From Candidatus Caldatribacterium sp. SIUC1 (GTDB taxonomy: Bacteria > Atribacterota > Atribacteria > Atribacterales > Caldatribacteriaceae), in NCBI RefSeq assembly GCF_051549785.1, contig NZ_CP189974.1, positions 1,253,491-1,285,490 on the forward strand: a DNA stretch of 32,000 nt. Reading direction: 5' to 3'. The notes beneath the pieces were generated by a model. The model was not told where the DNA came from and did no database searches. It worked only from the letters and a program-made list of their open reading frames with translations. Made by a program: the position numbers and the translations under genes. Every line of letters starts with the position of its first letter. Positions within the stretch are counted from its first letter, which is position 1. Shown here piece after piece: positions 1 through 7,859 of this stretch.

Positions 1-603
1 AGCGGTGGTGCTGTGCAACCCAACCAGGACGTCGTTTTTACCGGTCGGGGGCCGGCCAACGTCGAGATTCGAGTGTACCAGGGAGGAAGTCTCCTGGACA
101 CCACTTCAACCAGCGCTACAGGAGAGTTCACCTTTACCTGGAATTCGGGATCCACGGAAGGGACGTTTCTCCTCGAGTTTGCTGCCAAGGACCCGGTGCT
201 TGCGGAAAGCCCCAGGGTTTCCTTCACCCTGGTGGTTGATGGCACTCCACCTGAGCTGTCCAGCGTCACCGCCCGGGCCAGTACTCCTTCTGGTGGTACC
301 CCACCCAGGGTTACCGTGGTCTTCAGCGAACCCATTGTGGTGAACGATATGGTCCTTTTCACCCTTCCTCTGGGAGGGTTCTGGACGGTGAGCGTCACCG
401 GGTCGTCGGTGTTCATTCCCACGAGCATCCAGCTTGCCGCTGATAGAAAAACCGTGACCATCACCGGGAATGCCGTTTCTCAGCTTGTTGCTGGGGATAG
501 CATTATCGTGGGTTTTGCCCCTGCAGGTCCACTTGTGGTGACCGATGAGGCAGGAAACGCCTGCGTAAGCCCAACAGTAGTTTCGGGTACGGTTGCACCG
601 TGA
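1..603 (+). CDS. C-terminal part of Ig-like/SwmB-like repeat surface or secreted protein (5' partial)
   Basis: Open reading frame runs in from the window edge (SGGAVQPNQDVVFTG...). Beta-rich Ig-like pattern 'VDGTPPELSSVTARA...RVTVVFSEPI...ADRKTVTITG...GDSIIVGF' typical of bacterial Ig-like/SwmB domains; stop TGA at 601-603. Confidence 0.7.
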   Translation, partial: SGGAVQPNQDVVFTGRGPANVEIRVYQGGSLLDTTSTSATGEFTFTWNSGSTEGTFLLEFAAKDPVLAESPRVSFTLVVDGTPPELSSVTARASTPSGGTPPRVTVVFSEPIVVNDMVLFTLPLGGFWTVSVTGSSVFIPTSIQLAADRKTVTITGNAVSQLVAGDSIIVGFAPAGPLVVTDEAGNACVSPTVVSGTVAP

Positions 604-610
604 CTTCCCA

Positions 611-627
611 GGGAGGTGTGACCTCCC
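611..627. other. Perfect 7-bp inverted repeat with 3-nt loop (GGGAGGT-GTG-ACCTCCC), possible hairpin between convergent ORFs
   Basis: Read directly: gggaggt gtg acctccc. No T-tract on either side, so not a canonical intrinsic terminator. Confidence 0.5.
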
Positions 628-628
628 C

Positions 629-862
629 TCAGCGTTTCTGTCCCCATTCTCCGCGCACGCAGCGGCAGAAACCGTGGAAGTTAGCGCACACCCCGCCCAT
701 GAGGGAAAAAAGGCCCCAGAAAAGCGGGCGGGCGAGAATGTGGGAGAGGACGGGGCGGGAAACAGGGAGAAGGTATACTCCCCAGGTGATGAGCAAGCAC
801 CCAAGGGTAATGCAGGTATGGCCAAAAAGAAGGAGAGCTGCTTGGTTTTTCGTCGCACCCAC
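629..862 (-). CDS. Candidate small membrane protein (77 aa), hypothetical
   Basis: GTG start, GGAGGG Shine-Dalgarno (plus-strand ccctcc 872-877) 9 nt upstream, TACAAT -10-like box at 894-889 on the minus strand, two hydrophobic stretches (QAALLLFGHTCITLGCLLITWGVYLL and PLFWGLFSLMGGVC), no competing plus-strand gene with family signature. Confidence 0.35.
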   Translation of the reverse strand: MGATKNQAALLLFGHTCITLGCLLITWGVYLLPVSRPVLSHILARPLFWGLFSLMGGVCANFHGFCRCVRGEWGQKR

Positions 863-922
863 GGGACTTTTCCCTCCTTTTTGCCGGTATTGTAGAGGAA
901 AGAAAGGAAGGAGGGAAGACTG

Positions 923-2182
923 GTGAGAGGGAACTTCCGGTGGGATCAGGAAGTGCTTGCAGGAGTTGCCCTCTTTTTAGAGATTTTCCCTCTTCTCTTT
1001 GTGATTGCGGGGCTTCTTGAGGGTGCAGGAGTACCCTCTCCTCTTTTTGCGGTGATTCTCGTGTCTGCTTTTGGGACGCTCTGTTTCAGCCTCGTCATGG
1101 ACCTGCCCTTTGTGGTGATTCCAGGGCTCAACCTTGTGATGTTCTATGCTTTTGCTTTGTGTGGGGAACTGCGACTTCCCTGGAAGGTGGCCCTGGGGAC
1201 ATTTTTCCTTGGAAGCCTTGTAGCGTTTCTTGCCGCTTCCGTTCCGGGATGGAACCGCTTCTTCCACAGGCTCTCGCCCAACTTTCGTTTTGCCCTTTCG
1301 GGAAGCCTTGGTCTTCTGCTCCTTTTCCGGGGGCTTCTGGAATCGAGGATTCTCGTTCTCCAGGAGTCAGGGTGGTTTGGGTTTGGGGACCTCACCCATC
1401 CCCGGGTCCTGGCGGTGTTCCTCGGCCTTTTCGTGGTCTCAGTGGGATACGGTATCCGCCTGAAGGGGGCCACATGCTTTGGAGTGCTCGCCACGCTGGG
1501 TTTTTCTCTGTGGAGGGATTTATGGTCCTTCGGGATGGGGGGAAATCCTCCCACACTTTCTCCCTCCCTGCTGTTTGCCCTGGATGTTCCCAGAGCACTG
1601 CAGTATGGGACTGTCGGCCTTGCCGGTGTGGTTTCCGTGTTCGTCTTTTTTGAGACCTTTGGGTCCTTGGGCGGGTACCTCATGCGTTTGAGCACCCTTG
1701 GAGTGCAGGGGAATGTTACCAGGTTCTCCCGGGGGCTTCTTCTGGGTACCCTGATGGCCGTTTTCGGGCTCCTCTTTGGGGTCCCCGGGCTTTTTCCGGC
1801 GCCAGAAAGCGTCATCGGGATGGCGGAACGGGGACGACGAGGGCTTGCCGGAGTAGTGTGCGGGGTCTTCCTGCTTCTGAGCCTTTTCGCAGTGCCGTAT
1901 TGTTCCGGTCTTCCCTCCTTCTTTGCCGTTCCGGCCCTCTTTCTTGGGGGAATTTTCGCCCTGGAACCCTTAAGTCGCGTGGATTTTGTGGATGCGTCTG
2001 AGGGCATTCCCGCTGCTCTGCTCCTCGGAATGACTCTGGGGACTTTGTCTTTTGCAGGAGGGATGGCCTTTGGGATTCCGGGTCTTGCTCTCCTTGGACT
2101 TTCCCTGAAAAGGGGCCGGGGGATACATCCAGCAGCGTACCTCCTCTCGGCAGTACTGCTCTGGTGGCTTCTTGTCCGGTGA
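923..2182 (+). CDS. NCS2/AzgA-like (xanthine/uracil/guanine permease superfamily) membrane transporter
   Basis: 419 aa, multiple TM helices, 'IPGLNLVMFYAFALCGELRLPWKVALGTFFLGSLVAFLAA' resembles the AzgA 'GLNAYFAY...W..ALG.VF.SG' region; GTG start preceded by purine-rich SD region. Confidence 0.6.
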   Translation: MRGNFRWDQEVLAGVALFLEIFPLLFVIAGLLEGAGVPSPLFAVILVSAFGTLCFSLVMDLPFVVIPGLNLVMFYAFALCGELRLPWKVALGTFFLGSLVAFLAASVPGWNRFFHRLSPNFRFALSGSLGLLLLFRGLLESRILVLQESGWFGFGDLTHPRVLAVFLGLFVVSVGYGIRLKGATCFGVLATLGFSLWRDLWSFGMGGNPPTLSPSLLFALDVPRALQYGTVGLAGVVSVFVFFETFGSLGGYLMRLSTLGVQGNVTRFSRGLLLGTLMAVFGLLFGVPGLFPAPESVIGMAERGRRGLAGVVCGVFLLLSLFAVPYCSGLPSFFAVPALFLGGIFALEPLSRVDFVDASEGIPAALLLGMTLGTLSFAGGMAFGIPGLALLGLSLKRGRGIHPAAYLLSAVLLWWLLVR

Positions 2183-2210
2183 GGGCTGGGAGGAAATTCG
2201 CAGGAGTGTA

Positions 2211-2239
2211 TTGCAAAGGGGGTGGGAAATGACTATACT
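2211..2239 (+). promoter_or_regulatory. Sigma70-type promoter TTGCAA-17 nt-TATACT
   Basis: -35 TTGCAA at 2211-2216, spacer 2217-2233 (17 nt), -10 TATACT at 2234-2239, just upstream of the decarboxylase gene. Confidence 0.6.
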
Positions 2240-2292
2240 TCATGCGGACCTCGCAGAGAGGTACTTCCTGGGAATCGGGTGATTGTGCATAC

Positions 2293-3447
2293 ATGGGAAA
2301 GAGATTGCGGGTTCTCGAAGAGCGGGCATTTCCACTGGGCGAAGAGCAGATTGAAGAGCTGACCAGCCAGTTTGGTACCCCTCTCCTCATCCTTTTGAGG
2401 GAACGCATTGTCAGGAACTACCGGGCGTTTCAGCGCTTCCTCCCGGGAGTGGAGGTTTTCTACGCGGTGAAAGCTAACCCTCACCCTTCGGTGGTTGGCC
2501 TTCTGGCTTCTTTGGGTTCTTCTTTCGATGTGGCCTCGCAACAGGAAATTGCCCTGGTGACGAGTTTTGGTGTCGCTCCGGAGCGGATGATTTTCGCCAA
2601 TACCGTTAAGCGCCGGGAGGGTATTCTCTACGCCCGGAGGGTTGGGGTTTCGCTCATGACGTACGACAACGAGGAGGAGCTGAAAAAGATTCAGCGGTAC
2701 TACCCCGAGGCGAGGCTTGTTCTTCGCCTGAAAACCCCTTCCAATGGGAGTCGCATCGACCTCTCGTACAAGTTCGGTGCCGAGCCGGAGGAGGCCCTAG
2801 AGCTCCTTTTGAGGGCTCAGGACATGGGGCTCGCCCCCGTGGGCTTGAGCTTCCATGTGGGGTCGCCCTGCCACAATCCTAAAACGTACGCCACGGCACT
2901 CCATATTGTGGAGGAGGTCCTTTTGAAGGCCCAGGCACGGGGTCTTTTCCTTACCCTCATCGATATCGGTGGGGGATTCCCTCTCTACACCTATTCGAGT
3001 GAGGGAGGGCCGGCGAGTCTTGAGATTGTGAGTGAAGTTGTGTATCCACTTCTTGAACCTTTTCTCTCCCGGGGTTTTCGGGTTATTGCAGAGCCAGGCC
3101 GGAGCATTGTGGGGAATGCAGGAGTACTCGTCACCCGGGTGATCGGGAAAGCGGTGCGTTCAGGGAGAATCTGGTACTACCTGGATGATGGGCTCTATGG
3201 AACCTTTTCGGCCATTCCCTTTGATAAGGCTCGCTTTTCCTTCTACGCTCTGAAAGAGAGTGACCAGGAAGTCCTCTGCACCCTTGCTGGGCCGACTTGT
3301 GATTCGCTGGATGTTGTGGCCGAGGACGTTACGCTTCCTCCTCTTGAGGTTGACGACCTTGTGGTGGTCCCGGATATCGGAGCGTACTCCTGGGCTTCGG
3401 CGACAACGTTCAACGGTTTCGACAAGCCCCAGGTGGTCATGGTGTAG
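2293..3447 (+). CDS. PLP-dependent ornithine/lysine/diaminopimelate-type decarboxylase (group IV, alanine-racemase fold)
   Basis: 'FYAVKANPHPSVVGLLASLGSSFDVASQQEI' with PLP lysine, 'FHVGSPCHN', 'DIGGGFP', 'AEPGRSIVGNAG', 'LAGPTCDSLDVVAEDV', 'IGAYSWASATTFNGF'. Track start at 2242 lies at the promoter, so ATG 2293 is preferred. Confidence 0.85.
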   Translation: MGKRLRVLEERAFPLGEEQIEELTSQFGTPLLILLRERIVRNYRAFQRFLPGVEVFYAVKANPHPSVVGLLASLGSSFDVASQQEIALVTSFGVAPERMIFANTVKRREGILYARRVGVSLMTYDNEEELKKIQRYYPEARLVLRLKTPSNGSRIDLSYKFGAEPEEALELLLRAQDMGLAPVGLSFHVGSPCHNPKTYATALHIVEEVLLKAQARGLFLTLIDIGGGFPLYTYSSEGGPASLEIVSEVVYPLLEPFLSRGFRVIAEPGRSIVGNAGVLVTRVIGKAVRSGRIWYYLDDGLYGTFSAIPFDKARFSFYALKESDQEVLCTLAGPTCDSLDVVAEDVTLPPLEVDDLVVVPDIGAYSWASATTFNGFDKPQVVMV

Positions 3448-3458
3448 TGTGCTATAAT
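3446..3458 (+). promoter_or_regulatory. Extended -10 promoter element AGTGTGCTATAAT
   Basis: TGn directly 5' of a perfect TATAAT (3453-3458), overlapping the stop of the preceding gene and upstream of the SufC-like gene. Confidence 0.55.
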
Positions 3459-3477
3459 GGGAAGGGGAGGTAAAGGC

Positions 3478-4209
3478 ATGCTCTACATCGAGCAGCTCAG
3501 GGTGGCCGTTGGCGATACGCTGATTCTCGATGGCGTGAACCTCGAGATCCAAGAAGGAGAAGTTCATGTCCTCCTTGGTCCCAATGGAGCGGGGAAAACG
3601 ACGCTCCTCATGGCCATCATGGGGATGCCAGGGTACAGGATTGTTGGAGGGCGGATCTTCTTCCAGGGGAAGGACATCACAAACCTCGATGTGGAAGAGC
3701 GAGCCAGAATGGGTATTGGCATGGCCTTTCAGAAAATGCCCACCATAAGCGGCATTACGCTGCGGACGCTTGGTCGCCTGGTGCTTGAAAAGCGAGGCTT
3801 GACCGATGCCCTCGAGGAGACGGCGTCGCGGGTAAACTGCCTCTACCTCCTTGATCGGGAGGTGGGTAAGGGCTTTTCCGGTGGAGAGATGAAGAGGGCC
3901 GAGCTTTTCCAGCTCCTTCTGCAGCGCCCTCTCTTCTCCATGGTGGACGAGCCGGAATCGGGGGTTGACCTGGACAGCATTGCCCTCGTGGGTCGGGCTC
4001 TCCGAGAACTCTTTGAGCGGGATCAGGTACGGACAAAAAAACGGTCTGGTCTCATCATCACCCACACGGGGTATATTCTTGAGTACCTCAATGCCGATCG
4101 GGGGCATGTGCTCATGAACGGCCGAATTGTTTGCAGCGGCAATCCCCGTGACCTTTTCGCCGACATCAAGGAACGAGGGTACCAGGAATGTGCGAGGTGC
4201 GAGCGATGA
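3478..4209 (+). CDS. sufC: Fe-S cluster assembly ATPase, SufC/SmsC-type ABC ATPase
   Basis: 'VHVLLGPNGAGKTTLLMAIMGMPGY' Walker A, 'GFSGGEMKRAELFQLLLQRPLFSMVDEPESGVDLDSI' signature and Walker B typical of SufC; SD GGGGAGG precedes ATG 3478 (MLYIEQL). Confidence 0.9.
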   Translation: MLYIEQLRVAVGDTLILDGVNLEIQEGEVHVLLGPNGAGKTTLLMAIMGMPGYRIVGGRIFFQGKDITNLDVEERARMGIGMAFQKMPTISGITLRTLGRLVLEKRGLTDALEETASRVNCLYLLDREVGKGFSGGEMKRAELFQLLLQRPLFSMVDEPESGVDLDSIALVGRALRELFERDQVRTKKRSGLIITHTGYILEYLNADRGHVLMNGRIVCSGNPRDLFADIKERGYQECARCER

Positions 4210-5450
4210 AGGTTCAGGAGGAGTACCTGCGAGACCTGAGGGAACGCGCGGAGAAGGCGCTGGCAAAAAGAGCCTCTCTGGGACCGGATATCGACCTCTC
4301 TCAGTTCTACCTCTGTTCCCCCCGGGAACGGGTTGAGGATGTCCGGGAGATTGAGGACCAGCTGAGAGAAGCAGCGCTCTACGCGGGGGTGGAGCTTGAG
4401 GGAGAGAAGGCCGCTACGTACCTCCAGGTGGACCGCTCAGCGGTGTACGAGCGGGTGCAGCGGGCGTTTCAGGGGAAGCTTGAGATTATGAGCTCTCAGG
4501 AGGCTCTGCGGAAGTACCCGGAGCTTTTAGAGTACTGGTGGGGTCTTGTTCCCGTCGATGCCGACAAGTACACGGCCTTTGCCGAGCTCTGCCCAACAGA
4601 GGGGTACTTCATCAGGGTGTTCGCCCACACAAAGGTAGAAATCCCCCTTCAAGCCTGCCTTTTGATGTCAGAAAGGGCACGGGTGCAGAGTGTCCACAAT
4701 ATCGTCATTCTTGAAGAAGGGGCTGAGGCAAATCTCATCACTGGGTGTGCCTCGGTGCGGGGAAACGAGAGCGGGGTCCATATCGGGGTGAGCGAGTTCT
4801 ACCTTGGGGATAACGCCCGCCTCACCTTCACCATGGTACACAACTGGGGAGAGGCCTTCCATGTCCGTCCCCGAACTGCGGCAAGACTGGGGAAGAACGC
4901 CTTTTTCAGCAGTACCTACGTACTTTTGAAGCCCTTGGCTTCCATTCAGGCTTTCCCTCAGGTTTTCCTTGAGGGCGAAGGAGCGCAAGCGACGTTTCAG
5001 AACATCGTCTTTGCCAAGGGGAACTCCTATATTGACCTTGGGTCCACCCTTCTTCTAAAGAACCAGGGTTGTCGGGGAAGCTCTATTTCCCGGGTGTGCG
5101 CAACAGACGAAGCGCAGGTTTTCGCCCGTGGCCGGCTCATTGCCTACCACGATGAGGTTCAGGCTCACCTGGAGTGCAAGGGTATGCTCTTTTCTCCCAG
5201 AGCCCAGATTGTCTCTGTGCCGGAGCTTGAGGTGTACGGAGCCCCCAGGGCCCGGCTGTCCCACGAGGCAGCGGTGGGTCCTTTTGAAGAGGAAGCGGTG
5301 AATTACCTCAGGGCAAGGGGATTGAAAAGGGAAGAAGCTCTGTCGCTGCTTACCCAGGGATTTCTGAACCTTGACCTTCCTGGTCTTCCTGAGGCGCTTC
5401 GGCGGTACATCGAGGAAATCATCCGGGTGACATCCCGGGATGTGTTATAG
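4206..5450 (+). CDS. SufB/SufD family Fe-S cluster scaffold protein (SmsB-like)
   Basis: 'FISP...HLECKGMLFSPRAQIVSVPELEVYGAPRARLSHEAAVGPFEEEAVNYLRARGLKREEALSLLTQGFL' is the SufB/D C-terminal core; ATGA overlap with the sufC stop. Confidence 0.9.
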   Translation: MKVQEEYLRDLRERAEKALAKRASLGPDIDLSQFYLCSPRERVEDVREIEDQLREAALYAGVELEGEKAATYLQVDRSAVYERVQRAFQGKLEIMSSQEALRKYPELLEYWWGLVPVDADKYTAFAELCPTEGYFIRVFAHTKVEIPLQACLLMSERARVQSVHNIVILEEGAEANLITGCASVRGNESGVHIGVSEFYLGDNARLTFTMVHNWGEAFHVRPRTAARLGKNAFFSSTYVLLKPLASIQAFPQVFLEGEGAQATFQNIVFAKGNSYIDLGSTLLLKNQGCRGSSISRVCATDEAQVFARGRLIAYHDEVQAHLECKGMLFSPRAQIVSVPELEVYGAPRARLSHEAAVGPFEEEAVNYLRARGLKREEALSLLTQGFLNLDLPGLPEALRRYIEEIIRVTSRDVL

Positions 5451-5462
5451 GGGTGCAGGTGT

Positions 5463-5696
5463 TTGGCGGTTCAGGCGTATATCCTCATCCAGGTCCAGGC
5501 CGGAAAGGCTCAGGGAATCAAAAAGGAGCTGAGTCAGCTTCCGTATTTCCTCCGGGTTGACCGTATCATGGGACCTTTCGACCTCATTGCCCTTGTGGAA
5601 GTGGAGAGTAATCGGGAAATTGGGGAGGTTGTGCTCAAGGAAATTCAATCCATGAACGGAGTCAAAAGAACCCTGACGTGCCCGGTTATTCCCTAA
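5463..5696 (+). CDS. Stand-alone Lrp/AsnC ligand-binding (RAM/ACT-like) domain protein
   Basis: 77 aa 'AYILIQVQAGKAQGIKKELSQLPYFLRVDRIMGPFDLIALVEVESNREIGEVVLKEIQSMNGVKRTLTCPVI'; no HTH. Confidence 0.8.
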   Translation: MAVQAYILIQVQAGKAQGIKKELSQLPYFLRVDRIMGPFDLIALVEVESNREIGEVVLKEIQSMNGVKRTLTCPVIP

Positions 5697-5701
5697 AGAC
5701 C

Positions 5702-6277
5702 ATGAAACCGAAAGGTCCTATCTCTCCCCGGGAAGAGGAAATTCTGTCCTTCATCACCCGTTACTGTCAGGAGCGGGGCTATCCTCCTACGGTTCGGGAG
5801 ATTGGAAAGGCAGTGGGTTTGCAATCGTCGTGCAGCGTCCATTACCACCTTCGGAAACTCGAGGCCAAGGGTTTCATTCGCCGGAAACCGGCAAAGCCCC
5901 GGGCCATTGAGCTGGTCTCCTCAAGCGAAGAGAGTCTCCCTTCAGAGGAAATCGTCTTCGTACCCCTTCTCCGTGGAGTGACCCAGGATCGGGAGGGAGT
6001 ATGTCTTGAGTTCACCCGCGCCTTTTTCCCTTTCCCCAGACACTTCGTCGGCGAAGGGGAGTACTTCGTCTTTCGGGTGCAGAATGGGGCGTTCAGCCGC
6101 TGGCACATCCTCGAGGGAGATTACCTCCTTGTGGAGCGGGGAGAGACCTTTGGAGATGGAGCGTTGCTTTTTCTCGTGAGTCAGGGGAGGGTGTTCCTGG
6201 AGCGGGATGACCTCTGGGAAGGAGAGGGTTCGGGGAACGTCATCGGGAGAGTCGTTGGGGTTTGGCGGAAGCTCTAA
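5702..6277 (+). CDS. LexA-like transcriptional repressor with degenerate peptidase domain
   Basis: N-terminal LexA HTH 'ISPREEEILSFITRYCQERGYPPTVREIGKAVGLQSSCSVHYHLRKLEAKGFIRR'; C-terminal S24-like fold 'HILEGDYLLVERGE...VIGRVVGV' but the catalytic motifs are not conserved. Track start 5678 precedes the likely ATG 5702. Confidence 0.8.
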   Translation: MKPKGPISPREEEILSFITRYCQERGYPPTVREIGKAVGLQSSCSVHYHLRKLEAKGFIRRKPAKPRAIELVSSSEESLPSEEIVFVPLLRGVTQDREGVCLEFTRAFFPFPRHFVGEGEYFVFRVQNGAFSRWHILEGDYLLVERGETFGDGALLFLVSQGRVFLERDDLWEGEGSGNVIGRVVGVWRKL

Positions 6278-6315
6278 AGGGGTGATGGGCTCTGGTCATC
6301 ACGGAAGAGATACGG

Positions 6316-6711
6316 GTGGAGACGAAAGGCCATACTGATATCGTTCCGCTGACGGAAGAGGTGGCGAAAGTCCTTGAGCGGTCCGGTCTTCGTGCGGGGA
6401 TTCTCTGTCTTTTTGTTCCTGGAACAACGGCAACCCTTACGACGACCGAGTTCGAGCCAGGACTCGTCAAGGACATCAGGGATTTCTGGGAGCGGGTTGC
6501 GCCGGTTTCTCATTTCTACGAGCATAACGCCCGCTGGCAGGATGGGAACGGGTACGCCCATGTGCGAGCCCAATCTTCCGGTCCGTCCCTTGTCCTACCC
6601 TTTGTGGACGGGAAGCTCCTCCTTGGGACATGGCAGGACATCGTCCTTGTGGACTTCGACAACCGTCCCCGCCTGCGAACCATCATCGTCCAGATCGTGG
6701 GGGAACCCTGA
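6316..6711 (+). CDS. YjbQ/UPF0047 family protein
   Basis: 'TKGHTDIVPLTEEVAKVLERSG...GILCLFVPGTTATLTTTEFEPGLVKDI...HNARWQDGNGYAHVRAQSSGPSLVLPFVDGKLLLGTWQDIVLVDFDNRPRLRTIIVQIVGE' is the YjbQ signature. 5' end uncertain. Confidence 0.9.
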   Translation: METKGHTDIVPLTEEVAKVLERSGLRAGILCLFVPGTTATLTTTEFEPGLVKDIRDFWERVAPVSHFYEHNARWQDGNGYAHVRAQSSGPSLVLPFVDGKLLLGTWQDIVLVDFDNRPRLRTIIVQIVGEP

Positions 6712-7859
6712 TGGAGGAGTCCTTTGTTTTTCGCCTGCCCCAGGAGATTTACTTTGGCCCGGGTGAGGGGAGACGGGTTGGGGAGCATCTTGAGCGTTTC
6801 GGGAAGCGCCCCCTTGTGGTTGTGGGGCAGCGTTTTGCCCGGGAATCGGGAATCCTCAAAGACATCCTCGGCGCCCTGGCCCGGCGTGGCCTTGAGGCAG
6901 TGGTTTTCAGCGGAGTCCCTCCCGAGCCCACCCTTGAGGTAGTCGATGAGGGGATAAGGGTGGCAAGGGAAGCCCGTTGCGACAGCGTTGTGGCTCTGGG
7001 AGGGGGGAGTGTCCTGGACTGTGGCAAGGCCGTTGCGGGAGTCCTGCCAAACGGGGAAAGCGTTGTCCCATACTTTGAGGGAGCACCTCTTACTCGTCCC
7101 GCGCTTCCCTGGATTGCCCTGCCTACCACTGCGGGAACGGGTTCAGAGATGACCAATAACGCCGTTCTGACCGATGCCACGAGAAAGCTCAAAAAGAGTC
7201 TGCGGAGTCCTTTTCTGGTTGCTCGGGTGGCCATCATCGACCCCACCTTCACCTATTCCCTCTCCCCCTATCGCACTGCGGCAAGCGGGGTTGATGCGCT
7301 GGTTCAGGCTATCGAGGCCTACACGAGCCCCCGGGCGAATGCTGTGACCGATGTGCTTGCTCTTGAAGCCATACGTCTTCTCTGGGAGTACCTGCCCCGG
7401 GCAGTTCGGGAAGGGGAGAACACCTTTTTCCGGAAACAGGTGGCCAAGGGCAGCATGCTGAGTGCCATGGCTTTCGCCAATGCCTCCTCCGGGGCCTGTC
7501 ATGGTCTTGCCCACATGGTGGGACCGGAATTTGCCATTCCCCATGGGGAGGCTTGTGGTCTGCTCTTGCCTCCAGTCATTCGCTTCAACAAGGAAGCGCT
7601 TAAGGAAAGGTACCGGGATATCGTCCTTTGTGTGGGCCTTCAGGGCGGCGAATGCGAGGACTGGGGAGAGCTTCTTGCACGGGCTTTTGAGGACTTTGTG
7701 CGGGGAGTGGGACTCCGGACGAGACTGCGGGATTTTGGCGTTCCTCGCGAAGCGCTGGGCGGGGTGGTGCGGGAAGAACGTATCGGGCGGAGTATCCTTG
7801 AGAATCCCCGTCCGATGACTCCGGAAGACCTTCAAGCGCTCCTTGAGGAGGTATGGTGA
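6711..7859 (+). CDS. Iron-containing alcohol dehydrogenase family protein
   Basis: 'VVALGGGSVLDCGKAVAG', 'PTTAGTGSEMTNNAVLTD', 'SGACHGLAHMVGPEFAIPHGEACGLLLPPVIRFN' metal-binding His motifs; TGATG overlap with the upstream gene. Confidence 0.9.
   Translation: MEESFVFRLPQEIYFGPGEGRRVGEHLERFGKRPLVVVGQRFARESGILKDILGALARRGLEAVVFSGVPPEPTLEVVDEGIRVAREARCDSVVALGGGSVLDCGKAVAGVLPNGESVVPYFEGAPLTRPALPWIALPTTAGTGSEMTNNAVLTDATRKLKKSLRSPFLVARVAIIDPTFTYSLSPYRTAASGVDALVQAIEAYTSPRANAVTDVLALEAIRLLWEYLPRAVREGENTFFRKQVAKGSMLSAMAFANASSGACHGLAHMVGPEFAIPHGEACGLLLPPVIRFNKEALKERYRDIVLCVGLQGGECEDWGELLARAFEDFVRGVGLRTRLRDFGVPREALGGVVREERIGRSILENPRPMTPEDLQALLEEVW

Noticed and set aside
775-780. TATACT hexamer as a plus-strand promoter for the permease gene
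   Set aside because: No TTGACA-like box at 15-19 bp, no TGn extension, and it lies more than 140 bp from the start codon; cannot be supported.
593-926. Plus-strand ORFs of 100 and 108 aa in the 604-922 gap
   Set aside because: Low-complexity Lys/Arg/Pro-rich translations, no family signature; the minus-strand alternative has better expression signals.
3160-4266. 368-aa minus-strand ORF
   Set aside because: Antisense to the decarboxylase and the sufC-like gene; shadow ORF.
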